Numbered from the stretch's first letter, positions 23,382 through 35,061 are shown. The stretch is 55,564 nt of DNA from Neophaeotheca triangularis (GCA_054600435.1 BAAIJX010000088.1:1-55564); one strand, 5' to 3'. The notes: generated by a model from the sequence alone, not told the origin. Made by a program: numbers and translations.

Positions 23382-23630
23382 ATGTCCTCCTACTCCGACC
23401 TCGAAGCCCTCTGGACCGCGTCCGCCAACACGCCGCACGAGCCCGCCATCGGCAAGGAGACGCAGCTTACTGTCGGCTTCACGCTCCTGCTGCTCGCCTT
23501 TCTCTTCACCGGGCTATTCGGCCTCAACAGCAAGAACTTGGCCAGCTTGCCCATGTATGGTGTGCCGGCCAGTTTGGCTTTTGGGTTCGGCGCGGTCTAC
23601 ATGATTTGTGCTGTTGGCGTTTACGTTTAG
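23382..23630 (+). CDS. OST5: Oligosaccharyltransferase subunit Ost5/TMEM258
   Basis: 82 aa, two hydrophobic helices, characteristic C-terminus GVPASLAFGFGAVYMICAVGVYV. Confidence 0.85.
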   Translation: MSSYSDLEALWTASANTPHEPAIGKETQLTVGFTLLLLAFLFTGLFGLNSKNLASLPMYGVPASLAFGFGAVYMICAVGVYV

Positions 23631-23768
23631 CTTGCGCGTGCTGCCGTACGTGAGAGAAGGCTCCCAGGAGAAGGAGGCGGTTTTCTCTTTCAGAGACGGT
23701 TTTTAAGAGGGAGGGGATAAAGAGGTCGGGAGAAGGCGTTAGGGGTGTGGGAGTGATCGCTGTTTCAC

Positions 23769-23774
23769 ACGCGT
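23769..23774. promoter_or_regulatory. MCB-like element ACGCGT about 55 bp upstream of the rad1 start codon
   Basis: Exact ACGCGT directly upstream of a DNA-damage checkpoint gene. A 6-mer can occur by chance. Confidence 0.4.
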
Positions 23775-23828
23775 CCTCGGTAGGAGCTGCCGAGGGGAAG
23801 TGCTACTTTTACAACATCGACGGTCAAC

Positions 23829-24821
23829 ATGGCGGCAAACGCACCTTTGTTCACGGCGGTGTCTTCTTCGGCGCGCCAACTTGCTCTACTTCTCCGCTGC
23901 ATCTCGTTTTCCACCAAAGCTCAAGTCCGCATTGCACCAGATGGATTACGCTTCAGCACCGACGAGGGAAGCGTGATGGAGGCCCTGGTTCTTCTCGAAA
24001 AGGGTCTGTTCACATCATATAAATACAACCAACAACCACGATCTTCGTCCGAGGATGAGCAAGCCGAGACTCCCATCTTCCAGATTTCTCTCCATTCCTT
24101 GCTAGAAACCCTCAACATCTTCACTCTCTCCGATCCCAACGCTCTGAAGAAACCAGGCGACTACGACGCATTCGTAGCGCATCGTCTGAACCGGCACGCT
24201 TTCGGAAACTCCGCACTAGGCGTAAGCGGCGTTTGCACTTTCAGCTACGACGGCGAGGGCAGCCCGCTCAGTATCCACATGTCCGAATCCGGCGTCGCTA
24301 CAACGTGCGACCTCACGACATACGAACCCCACAGCACGGAGGAAATACCCTTTGACCGCGACGCCATCAACCTCAAAGCCATTATGCGCTCTAGCTACCT
24401 CCTCGACGCCGTGACGGAACTTAGCTCCACTAACCCCTCCAGCCTGACCATCGTAGCTACACCTGAAACCCGCTCTTCGCCGTCCAAACTCTCACTAAGC
24501 GCTGCGGGAGTCCTGGGTTCCGCTACCGTGGATCTGGAAACGGACGCCCTCTCCGAAACGCCTGTTCTCGAGACCATGCATTGTCCCGTCAAGAGCAAGG
24601 CGTCGTTCAAATTTCCACTCTTCAAGGCCGCGCAGCGAGCCATGGCCGTGGCTACGAAGGTCTCTCTGCGTCTAGACGAAGAGAGCGTGCTGAGTCTGCA
24701 GTTCTTGGTCGAGGTTGATAGCGATGGGGGCGATGCGGTTGCTTTTGTTGATTTCCGCATGGTGCCACTGGTAGACGGGGAGGCCGAGGCGAATGAAGGG
24801 GATAGCGATAGCTCTGGGTGA
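23829..24821 (+). CDS. rad1: 9-1-1 checkpoint clamp subunit Rad1 (S. pombe Rad1 / S. cerevisiae Rad17 / Rec1 family)
   Basis: LFTAVSSSARQLALLLRCISF, GLRFS..GSVMEA, YDGEGSPLSIHMSESGVATTCDLTTYEP, KVSLRLD..VLSLQF, FVDFRMVPL match the fungal Rad1 family. Confidence 0.88.
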   Translation: MAANAPLFTAVSSSARQLALLLRCISFSTKAQVRIAPDGLRFSTDEGSVMEALVLLEKGLFTSYKYNQQPRSSSEDEQAETPIFQISLHSLLETLNIFTLSDPNALKKPGDYDAFVAHRLNRHAFGNSALGVSGVCTFSYDGEGSPLSIHMSESGVATTCDLTTYEPHSTEEIPFDRDAINLKAIMRSSYLLDAVTELSSTNPSSLTIVATPETRSSPSKLSLSAAGVLGSATVDLETDALSETPVLETMHCPVKSKASFKFPLFKAAQRAMAVATKVSLRLDEESVLSLQFLVEVDSDGGDAVAFVDFRMVPLVDGEAEANEGDSDSSG

Positions 24822-26397
24822 TACGTGCGTGCAAATAAGTGCTGAGGACAAGAAAGGCCCGTAGCTATGAAATTTTGAGGTCTGAATCACTGTCCTTGTT
24901 TTTCTACAAACGTTCAAGTCACCCCATACTGCCTTGCAGCTAGGTAAATGTCTCGTCATGTACTGCCTAGTTCATTCTAGTAATCATGTGCAATGCTATA
25001 TACTAAATCACTACTATGATATGAGGTAACACCGCTCAGTCTCACCGTCAACATGACTACTAGTACATCGTCAGTTTCCCCCGCCCTGCCCTACAATAAT
25101 ATCAAATTAACGCAACGACGACCACCTACCCAGCTTTAACTTCCAAGGTTCCAACAAAGCCTCGGCCCTCTTCCCCAAGACACCTGAAACGCAAACCGCG
25201 AAACTGCCGTCTCTCAAACCCCCTCGACAAGGCAAATAAAAGACGAGACTAAAAGGCAGCAACGATGCCAGCAAAACACGTTGCCTCCATGCTCTCTTCT
25301 ACATTCCCCATAAGACAAAGATGCAGAGTCCAGACGAGAAAGCCTTGGCTTCAACATGTCCCAGTTACTAACTCGCTACTAGTGCTAAGAGGCTACCACT
25401 GACCGGAAGCAGTTAACTTAGGCGATGCGAAATCGATCCGGCAAAGGTCAACGCGAGGGGGCGTGCCAGGGCTGAACGGGCGCCCCCCGCTGTTCCCGTT
25501 GTCTCTTACTATATAAGGTTGTAACTGCATACCTTACTATAGGTGACTTGCTATATTCATGGGTACTTTAGATGTGTTTGTAGCAGGTACGTTGTTGCTT
25601 GCAGTGGGTACGTGGTGGTGATTGCCACTTGTTTTGAGTGTTAAATAATCGTAAGCAATACTACAGTAGTAATGTTCACTATCGAATTGATAATGGTCCT
25701 TCTCGAAGCATACCTTACCTTTACTGTACATAGACGATCCCGGAGCTGCTGCAGCATGCAGTGGGCAGCTGCATAATAGTAGTAGTGTACCTACCTATCT
25801 ATTTGTAGTGGGTAGCGGCGCATCGGCTCGTCTCTAGAGGTACCTCCACTCCTAGGAGGTACCACTCCCACCCAAAGTCGCAAAGCCGAGCTCGGGTGGG
25901 AACGTAAGGTATGTACTTTTGACTCTGACAAAGACATGGACACGACTAATAAGTGTAGACGGGAGGTTAGCGGATTTATCCAATGACAGGGACCAGTGGC
26001 TTTGCTTTGTCTACTTAGCTTACACTGTACCTCTTTGGGATGTCGAGTCTCAGCCGCAATGATTCAATGTTGAATAGTTGTGTAGGAGATGGATATACGA
26101 GGCGTTGGAGACACAAACTGGAATGCAATGGCCGGATGGCATGTAAAAGCTGCAGCTGGGTGGAGTGGCTGTCTTTCTATACTTGTAGGCAACTACTAAC
26201 TGTAACTACCTACTAGTTACTAGTAGTAGGCGCGGAGACAAGGTTTCGCTCGGGCAAGGCGTTGACGAGGCACAAGCACAAAGCGGTTTAGTTTTGGGGG
26301 GGACGGATTAAGCTGCGCTAAACTCGACTCTCGACTTGAGGTACCAACTCCGCTTCCCACTAAGTTACCTGACGGACTAGGTGCTTTGTCCCTCCAA

Positions 26398-26472
26398 CCT
26401 CTCTGTCTCTCTCTCTCTCTCCCTCTCTCTCTCTCTTCTCTCTCTCGCCTTCTCTCCCCCTTCCCCCCTCCT
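26398..26472 (+). repeat. Imperfect (CT)n polypyrimidine tract upstream of the ELL-like gene
   Basis: ctctgtctctctctctctctccctctctctctctcttctctctctcgcc read directly. Confidence 0.85.
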
Positions 26473-26847
26473 TCTATGCTTGTTCTTTTGGGCAAGGTAG
26501 TAACGACCGGAAGATTACAGCCTGCTCCCTCTCGCCACTCCCGCAGCAAACTTCCCTAAACCGTCCGGCCTTTGTTGCCAGTGCCCTGACTTGAAGGCAC
26601 GATTCCAGGTCCACGTGGGGAGAGCGTCATTCGACCGGGTTTTTGGGCCGTTGTGGAACACACTGCGTTCCATCAATCAATGCTCACCTCGCTTTCAGCT
26701 TTGTCGTCACGGGTGATAGCAAGCAACATCCTTATGGCTCCTTTGATCGATCCCTGAGACCTTCTTGGCTTCAGGCCCGTAGCTTACTTATCTTCGACCC
26801 TGTATACCTACCTACCTACCCACCCGTGCGCATCATTTGCCCATACA

Positions 26848-29293
26848 ATGGCTCCCATTTCCATACCAGAGACCGGCATATCGCTTCACGCAGCGGGCGG
26901 AAATGCTCAAGATGCTGGCAAGCATGCAGGCAAGTCGGCTATACTGCTGCGGCTGAACGATGCGTTGGTGGAGGACATGAGAGTGGCGGCTCAGAACAAG
27001 AGACTCCACTTTGACGCTGGCAAGGCTCCAGTATGTCGATCCCGGGGCATGGTCCCGCCGCGGACGTTCTCTCGGTTGGAGCTAACATTCTCGCTCTCTG
27101 TAGAAACTCAGGCTTGGCACCAAGACCATTGACCTCGATCTGTCCCCCGATGCTTTCAGGCACGAGCTCTACACTGCCAGCTCGCTGACCGATTTCGCTT
27201 TCGATGCCCTCATTACCCACCGAGCTCGAGTCAAGTCGGCAGAGAAGGAGGACAAGGGCACAGCGGGTGCGGATGCCGCGTTGGCGAGTCTAAAAAATAA
27301 CCTTGCTTCGTTCGCTCAGGAGAAGCAGGCAAACTCAACAGCTATTTCCAATTCGGTACAGGCCACGCCGAAAAATCGTTATGAAGCTGCTAGGACGCAG
27401 AAGCAGACGAGCCGTTCGCTGCTTAGTGGGACACAGAGCGGTGGGAGAAGCCCCTCTGCAGGTGGAGTGGGAACTCCTAGAGGACTTGCGCCGACTTCAC
27501 AGCCTGTGAGTGAAGACCAGGCGAAGTTGAAGGCCATGCGGGTTGCGGTGATTCATCTCCTGGCCATGAAGCCGGCTACGCTCGAGGACATTTCCAGCAA
27601 GACACGCATTCGTAAGGAAGAAATGGAGAACGTTTTGCGCAAGGTTGGGCAGGAAAGAGATGGAAAGTGGGAGTTGGTGAATCGATCGTACAAAGAGTTG
27701 GATGTTTGGAGCTGCAAGTATCTTTCGCAGGAGGACAGGCAGGCGGCTATTGACAACGCCATCAAGGCATTTGACAGGCTTCGGCTGGGAAAGGAGGACA
27801 AGGTGTGGCAGTTGCTTCTGCCAGCGGAGGAGAGAGGGAAGGGTAAGGTCTTGTCGAAACTCCACCTCGGTGCTTCACAGTCCGCGGCCGGAAACTTCAC
27901 TCCTGGAATTGGATCCAGCCCTCAGGCCACTGCTCAAGGTAGTCAGCCTGGAAGCTCAGCTGGCACGCCTCAGCTTGGTGCCGCTTCAAAGACAGCCGCG
28001 GCTAAGAAGAGCTCGGACATTACGAAGCGGTTACTGTCCAAAGACCCGAAGAAGGCTCGAGAGCAGGAAGAGGCCAAGATGAAGAAGAGAAAGGAGCGCG
28101 ATGCGACGGCTAGTGACGTCGAAGGTAAGAAGGCGGCGAGAAGGGAGACGGCGACTGTCAAAGGTCCGCCTGCAAAGAAGATCAAATCGGCGGAGATTGT
28201 TCACAGCTCAGAGGACGAGGATGAAGAGGCTGGTGAGGTGAAGGAGAAGAAGACAAGCCCCTCAAAATCCGCAGCTAAACCTGCCGCCACGAAGACGACG
28301 AAAACGAAGTCATCTTCATCTGATAGTAGCGATGTGCCAGTGAAGCAAGCAAAGGCCGTCGAAAGACCGCCGGTGACGAAGAAGCGAGATGCTCCTGCCG
28401 CCAAACCGGAGGCTTCACCCGCAACAAAACCCGCCAAGCCCGCTCCCGTCCCCGCCGGCAAGACAACACCCCGTACAAACGGCCTCTCTGCACCTTCAAA
28501 CAAGAGTCGACCTGGACTCAGTCCGCAGAAACCAGACAGCAGACCTCATGTGCCTTCACCACTAGGAGCCGCTCGCCCACGAAACGCTTCCGACGTTTCC
28601 GACCGCAGCGCCATTGGCGTTCAGAGGACGAAACATGGCGGTGGAGACAAGGGCACGCCGAAAGGGCTCGGTATATCCCACGGTGGCGTCAGGAAGAGGC
28701 AAGATACAGTCACGAGTGCGACTTCATCCTCCTCCAGTGGCCCCGAACAGCGAAGTACCACCGAAAGCTCACAAGACAAGGCACGCAAAGCTACAAAACC
28801 TTCTGGCACGAGCGACACTCCTCCCACCAAACCGTCAACTTCCAAATCAGACGGCGACCGCGTAGCCAAACGCAAACGCGCCGACGAAAATACCCGCGAA
28901 GACGACACCGCCATCCATCAATCCGAAAGCAAAAAGCACCGCAAGACCGACTCGGCCTCATCGCAAGGCCAAGATGACAGCTCATCGTCGACAGCAACAG
29001 GCTCAAGCACGGCCAAGACCTCCCCCGAAGTCGTCTTCGACAGCGGCAGCAGCGACGCCGCCAACTCCTCTTCCGCAGAGAACGCTATGTCCTTCAGGCA
29101 GGCTGTCAGCGTCGCCCAAAATTTCAAGGCTTATTACCCCAGCTACTCGGAGTTGTGGGAGAAGCTGGCGGCTATACAGGCAAAGGGGGAGGAATTGCCC
29201 AAGGCTGAGGTGGAGCGTTTGTGGGTTATGCAGAATCGGCTTGCTGAGATGAAGAGGGATATTCAGGAGGCATCGAGGGTAGGTGGTGGGTGA
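26848..29293 (+). CDS. Putative RNA polymerase II elongation factor ELL-like protein; exons 26848-27030 and 27104-29293
   Basis: Intron GTATGT..GCTAAC..TAG joins the ORFs in frame. Winged-helix-like block AVIHLLAMKP..YKELDVW..YLSQEDRQAAIDNAIKAFDRLRL, long K/S-rich linker, and occludin/ELL-like C-terminus FKAYYPSYSELWEKL..LWVMQNRLAEMKRDI. Confidence 0.72.
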
Positions 29294-29752
29294 AGGAGCA
29301 ACTGTTCGATTCGTATGTTCCAAGGCTGTCGGGCGGGACAAGGATGTCGTTTGGCATCTCAATGTTGGTAGCCGAACGTCGGTAGCCGAGGCCAGGCTGG
29401 TGGGTCTCTACCAGCTGGAGGGTTCCGAAGTGACATCTACAGTTACCTCACCTCACATATGTACGCTCACAGTAATCTCTCGCAAATACCAGAAAACTAT
29501 TTTAAACGTACTGCATATCCATCGATCAAACAATGATTAGATTGGCATATGTTCCGGCGATGCGATAAGCGCTCCAAAGAACACGCACTGCTAGAACTGT
29601 CAGAGTTCACGTTACAGCCGTAGGTGGCGTCGCAAATAAAAGTCAGACACCTAGTTATTAATGATCCAGGAGTTCGTATAATAACATACCGTCGCGACGC
29701 ACGGCACATTTTATCGACGAACGATTAGAAGATTACCGACAAACGCCTTACC

Positions 29753-30847
29753 ATGGCCTCCTCCTCAGTCACCGTCGCCGTTTTAGACGATTACGCCGGA
29801 ATCGCAGAGCAGTACTTCACTCGCATCAAAGGGGTATCCGTCGACTCCTTTCCCTCAACCCTCGACCCATCCAACCCGGACGAATACAAAAGCCTAGTTA
29901 ATCGCCTCCAAGACTACGAAATCATCAGCACCATGCGCGAACGCACCCCCTTCCACGACGACCTGCAATGCGACCTCCCCAATCTCCGCCTGCTCCTCAC
30001 AACCGGCCGCCGCAACGCCGCCATCGACCTCCAATGCGCCAGCGACCGTGAAATCGTCGTTGCCGGGACCACGGGTCTCGCGAAACCCGAATCCAAGCGC
30101 GAAGAATACCCGCCCTCTATTCCCGCCCCGCCACCGCCAAACTACGACTCCACAACCCAACACACCTGGTCGCTGCTCCTAGCCCTCTGCTCGCGCATCC
30201 CCCACGACGACAATGCTCTCAAGACATCGGGCACGGCCTGGCAATCCGGCCTCACGTACGCGCTCGGCGGCAAAACTCTCGCAATCCTCGGGCTCGGACG
30301 TCTGGGAACCAACATGGCGCGTATAGGCCAGCAAGCTTTCGGCATGAAGGTGATAGCCTGGAGCGCGAACCTGACGCAAAGCAAAGCCGATGAAGCGGCC
30401 GAGGGAGCGGGGCTAGCCAGGGCGAGTTTCGAGGTCGTGGCCGATTTGAAGGAGCTGTGTCGGCGTGCGGATGTGCTGAGCGTGCATGTCGTGCTTTCGG
30501 AGCGGACGGAGGGGTTGCTAGGGCTGGAGGAGTTAGTCGCGATGAAGCGGACAGCTTTGCTGGTTAATACGGCTCGTGGGCCTGTGGTGGATGAGGAGGC
30601 GCTTTTGGGGGTTTTGGAACGGGGGGGTATTGGGGGCGCCGCGTTGGATGTTTTTGCCCAGGAGCCTTTGCCGGAGGATAGTAGGTGGAGGTCTGTGGAG
30701 TGGGGGCGGCGGGGGAGGAGTGAGGTTGTGTTGAGTCCGCATATGGGGTATGTTAATGAGGGGACGATGCACAGGTGGTATGAGGAGCAGGCGGAGAATG
30801 TGGAGAGGTGGATCAAGAGACAGGAGATTTTGAATAGGTTCAATTAG
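29753..30847 (+). CDS. D-isomer-specific 2-hydroxyacid dehydrogenase
   Basis: VAVLDDY, MRERTPF, TTGRRNAAID, Rossmann GLGRLG, LVNTARGPVVDE, AALDVF..EPLP, SPHMGY. Confidence 0.93.
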   Translation: MASSSVTVAVLDDYAGIAEQYFTRIKGVSVDSFPSTLDPSNPDEYKSLVNRLQDYEIISTMRERTPFHDDLQCDLPNLRLLLTTGRRNAAIDLQCASDREIVVAGTTGLAKPESKREEYPPSIPAPPPPNYDSTTQHTWSLLLALCSRIPHDDNALKTSGTAWQSGLTYALGGKTLAILGLGRLGTNMARIGQQAFGMKVIAWSANLTQSKADEAAEGAGLARASFEVVADLKELCRRADVLSVHVVLSERTEGLLGLEELVAMKRTALLVNTARGPVVDEEALLGVLERGGIGGAALDVFAQEPLPEDSRWRSVEWGRRGRSEVVLSPHMGYVNEGTMHRWYEEQAENVERWIKRQEILNRFN

Positions 30848-31177
30848 CGATGAGGTCTTTGTGAATATATACACTTAGAGATCATTGAAATGGTTGTTCC
30901 TAATTAAGGTATAATCATTTCTACATACCTTATGTATATATGTTGTCACACATGAGGGCGATGTTGATTGTCAACTCCAACTCTGACCCTGACTGCACAT
31001 CGTCCAAGCTCAAGCTTCAGCCGCTGAGGGGGTCGTCGTCTCTTCGGCTTGCTGAGAATGGAAGGCAGCGTAAAGATGAGGAGAAACACATGTTTCTAGT
31101 AACTTAAAAGGCGACCTTTCCTTCATTCATGCTTCAAATGTAGCTGTTCCCTTTTTGTTTCTCTCAGTACCTCAACC

Positions 31178-33149
31178 ATGTCACGATCCATCTCGCGGCG
31201 ACTGCTGCAAAGGCAGACCACCCTCCAACCAACGACATGCCGCATACCATCATCAGTAGCTGGAAGGCGGGGATATGCGACGGAGAAGGACGAAAGGGAA
31301 ACGTTCAAGGGCCAACTCTACCAAGCGACCCATGAGCGAGTCCTACGGGACAAGGCCGAGCAGGAGAAGTTTGCACAGCACAGAATACAAGAGAGGGCGG
31401 CCAGAGGGAACTCAGGGTGGATAACTCCAGTCGGTACGATAGCTACATACCACTTGTATAAACCTTCCAGTATTGATACATGAAGCCAGTACTCGCTGTC
31501 GGAACAATTGGAGGCTATTATCTCGCTAAGCAGAGCAACGCCAAACCCTCTACTGCTTCCACTGCCCCCTTGTCCACCACCGAACCGCCTCAGCACGACA
31601 CCTCCCCCGGTAATCTTCAAGCAGCATGGGCCGACTTCAAGAACATCGTTGGCGAGCAGCACATCTCGACCACCGAGGCAGACCTCGCCTCTCACTCTGG
31701 TAGCGAATGGTCCTCATACCCCGCCGAACCAGGCGACAAGCCATTCGCCATTGTCACCCCCGCCAGCACAGAAGAAGTCTCGGCAATCATGAAGGTCTGT
31801 CACGCCCGGCACATCCCAGTCACCGCCTACAGTGGCGGCACTTCGCTCGAAGGCCACTTCGCCGCAACCCGCGGCGGGATCTGCATCGATTTTAGCCGCA
31901 TGGACAAGATCGTCTCCCTCCACAAGGAGGACCTAGACGTCGTAGTGCAACCAGCCGTCGGCTGGGAAGTCCTCAACGAAGAGCTCGCCGAACATGGCCT
32001 CTTCTTCCCTCCCGACCCAGGCCCGGGCGCTATGATTGGTGGCATGATCGGCACCGGCTGCAGCGGCACCAACGCCTACCGCTACGGCACCATGCGCGAC
32101 TGGGTCCTTTCCATCACTGCGGTCCTCGCCGACGGCACCATCGTCAAAACCAAGCAACGCCCTCGCAAATCCAGCGCCGGCTATGACCTCACGCGAACTC
32201 TCATCGGCAGCGAAGGCACCCTCGCCCTCGTCACCGAAGCCACGCTCAAAGTCACACCCCGCCCGCAAAACACCAGCGTCGCAGTCTGCACCTTCCCCTC
32301 GATCCGCAGCGCCGCCGACGCCGTGGGACGTGTCGTCGGCGCCGGCGTCCCCATCGCCGCCGTCGAAATCCTCGACGACGTGCAAATGCGCTGCATCAAC
32401 GACGCCGGCCAGACGAGCCGCACCTGGTCCGAGACCCCCACCCTTTTCTTCAAATTTAGCGGCACCCCTAGCTCCGTGAAAGAACACGTGGGCATCGTGC
32501 AGAAACTGAGCAAAACCGCCGGCTCGACTAAATTCGAGTTCGCGCGCTCCAAAGAGGAAGCCGACGAGCTCTGGTCCGCCCGCAAAGAAGCGCTGTGGTC
32601 GGTGATGGCGAAGAAGAAACTCGAGAGCGACCATGTCTGGACCACCGACGTTGCGGTGCCGATCTCGCGCCTCCCGGACATTATCGAAGAGACCAAGGAG
32701 GACATCAGCCGTAGTGGGTTAACCGGGAGTATTGTCGGCCACGTTGGGGATGGCAATTTCCATGCCATCTTGCTTTATAATGACGCTGAGCATGGCGTTG
32801 CGGACGCGGTTGTGCATCGTATGGTCAAGAGGGCGATTGAGATGGAGGGCACGGCTACGGGGGAGCATGGGGTTGGTTTGGTGAAGAGGGATTATCTGGA
32901 GCATGAGGTTGGTGTTGAGGCTGTCGATATGATGCGGAAGGTAAGTTTTTGATTGCCCCCTTTCGCTTGGTATCCCTGCATATGGTGGGAGTGGCGGGGA
33001 GTTACGTGGATTGTGCTGCGGGACTTGTTACTGACTGTGTTATGTGATCGATATAGATGAAGCAAGCCTTCGACCCCTTGTGTTTGCTTAATTGCGACAA
33101 GATTGTGCGGGCTCAGCGACCTAAAGCTGGTGAAGTTCAGGAATGGTGA
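31178..33149 (+). CDS. DLD1: Mitochondrial D-lactate dehydrogenase (cytochrome), FAD-linked oxidase; exons 31178-31433, 31490-32940, 33057-33149
   Basis: Arg-rich presequence, SGGTSLEGH, FFPPDPGPGA, GCSGTNAYRYGTMR, SSAGYDLT..GSEGTL, GHVGDGNFH, TGEHGVG, final exon MKQAFDPLCLLNCDKIV. Both introns are canonical. Confidence 0.92.
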
Positions 33150-35061
33150 GAGGGTTGGCAGATGGAAGAATGGGTTCATGTATGTCCATGGTATCTGTTT
33201 CTTGTTATGAAGTTGATTGTGCATATCTGCCGTTCCCGCCATAGGCTGTTTGAACATTCCAGAAGAATGATCGCTAGTGATACCTTCGGAAGGAAAGTAA
33301 GTGCTGGTCTGTAAGCGTCCAATTCCTTTGGGTCCACTACACATGCTGGTTGATATGTCGTCCTCGAGACCAACTCACAGTGAGGCCGCAGAGATCACAG
33401 TGACCGGCTGCCTGCTGTGTAACGTTTCCGATCGTTGGAGGTTTCTAAAACAGAATTGAACGCGGGCAATGTCGCCTGCAGGGCCGCTGTGCGGTGACCT
33501 CTCAGGGGCCAAGGGGAGTAGAAAAGTCCATCTGCCGGTATTTTTGGCAGTATAGCAAGATCATTGACATGACCTCGCTGAGAGCATAATGAGCAGTCTT
33601 CTGTAAGTACCTTGAAAACTGTCACACTATGAAGACGGGCCAAAACCGGTCACCCAGGCAGGAGGCAAATCAGCGCATGCCAACCATAACAAGCTGAAAG
33701 CCCCCTCTTAGGGGTAGTCAATATATTGAAACCCTCGCCAGACACCCCAGCGACAACCAACAATAGCGAAATCGGTACGTACGTCCCCAACACTCTCCCA
33801 TTCCCAATTGGGACACGCACACCTAACCAGAAGCAGATACCAACCACCCCCCCATGGTCCCGGGTTCGAAACCCACCAGCTCCGCCGAGCCCAAAGAAGA
33901 AAAAAGAGCAAACCAGCCTTCTTTCTCAAGGCGCCAGCAAGATATGTGAGGGCTAAGTGGTTTCTCTTCTCCCCTGTAGACGCCAGCTCTACCCTCGGCG
34001 AGAGGGTGAAGGGCGAGAGTTTCTCTTTTGCCGTTTTGGGCGGTAATTGGGATTTTACTAAGGGGTGCGCTTGGGCCGTTTGAGTTGAATTGACATTTGC
34101 TCTACTGGTCATGATTTTAATATGGGTGATGGAGACTGTAGATTTGTAGAGGCGAACGGGGAATTCGAATGATCCTTTTCTCGCTTTTATACTTTTGGCT
34201 GCAACTCAGATCCACGGCTTACTTGCTGGCCGAAGGGTGCTCTCGTCCATGTTTTCAAGGTAACTCATTTTATCTAATCATTCGATTGCTAACCGTGGTA
34301 TTGCCTTGCACGAAGCCTAAAAGCGTGCAGGAAGCCATTCGCCAGTTCATCATGTAGTTCTACTTGTCCCCTGAGGGATACAGCGTTGGAAAAGGAGCGA
34401 ATTGTTACTAATACCTTCTCCCTGCGATAGCGGGAGAACTCCTTCTACTTCTACCACGTGAAGAGGCTTGGGATATAGATTACTAAGAAGATGTGTTCGG
34501 ATCGAAGAAGTATCTCCTCGTCATAAGTCCTGTCTGCCAAAAGTAGAGCTTTCTAATATCATGGCTCTAGCTATCAAGTACGCTAGAACTTCTTGAAGTG
34601 TTGGTCTAAAAGAGATGGTGCCGATGTAATCGATACAATGTCAGCTACCTACCTAGCTAGAGCAAGGCAGCAGTGTCTTCGAGGAGATATTGCCGCGTTC
34701 CTTCTTCGCAAACATGTCTCGATCTGAGGATGACACGTCATGAGTGGGAGGATGTCCAATATTTGGGTACGAGCGAGCAAACTAGAAGACCGATTTTATA
34801 GGTATTGTCGATGTATGGGGGAGGATGAAGCACCTTGGGGTGAGGCCGAACCCCTGAAACGAAACTCGCCGGAGCTTGGCAGCGCAAGCGCCGACTTCAC
34901 GTGGTGGCTAGTGCATAGTAGTGAACGGATAAACAAACCAGCTTAAGCATTCACTCCACCCGACCCTGTGACCCTCCTCACCTAAGCAGCGTTAAGTGAA
35001 GCATTAGCTATGAGTGCATTTGGTCCGCTCGCGCGCACTGCATTCGAGCGCAGCCACCACC

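Noticed and set aside
24900..26800. Telomerase RNA or spliceosomal snRNA in the 2-kb intergenic gap
   Set aside because: I found no TAACCCTAA-type template and none of the invariant U1, U2, U4, U5 or U6 motifs by eye.
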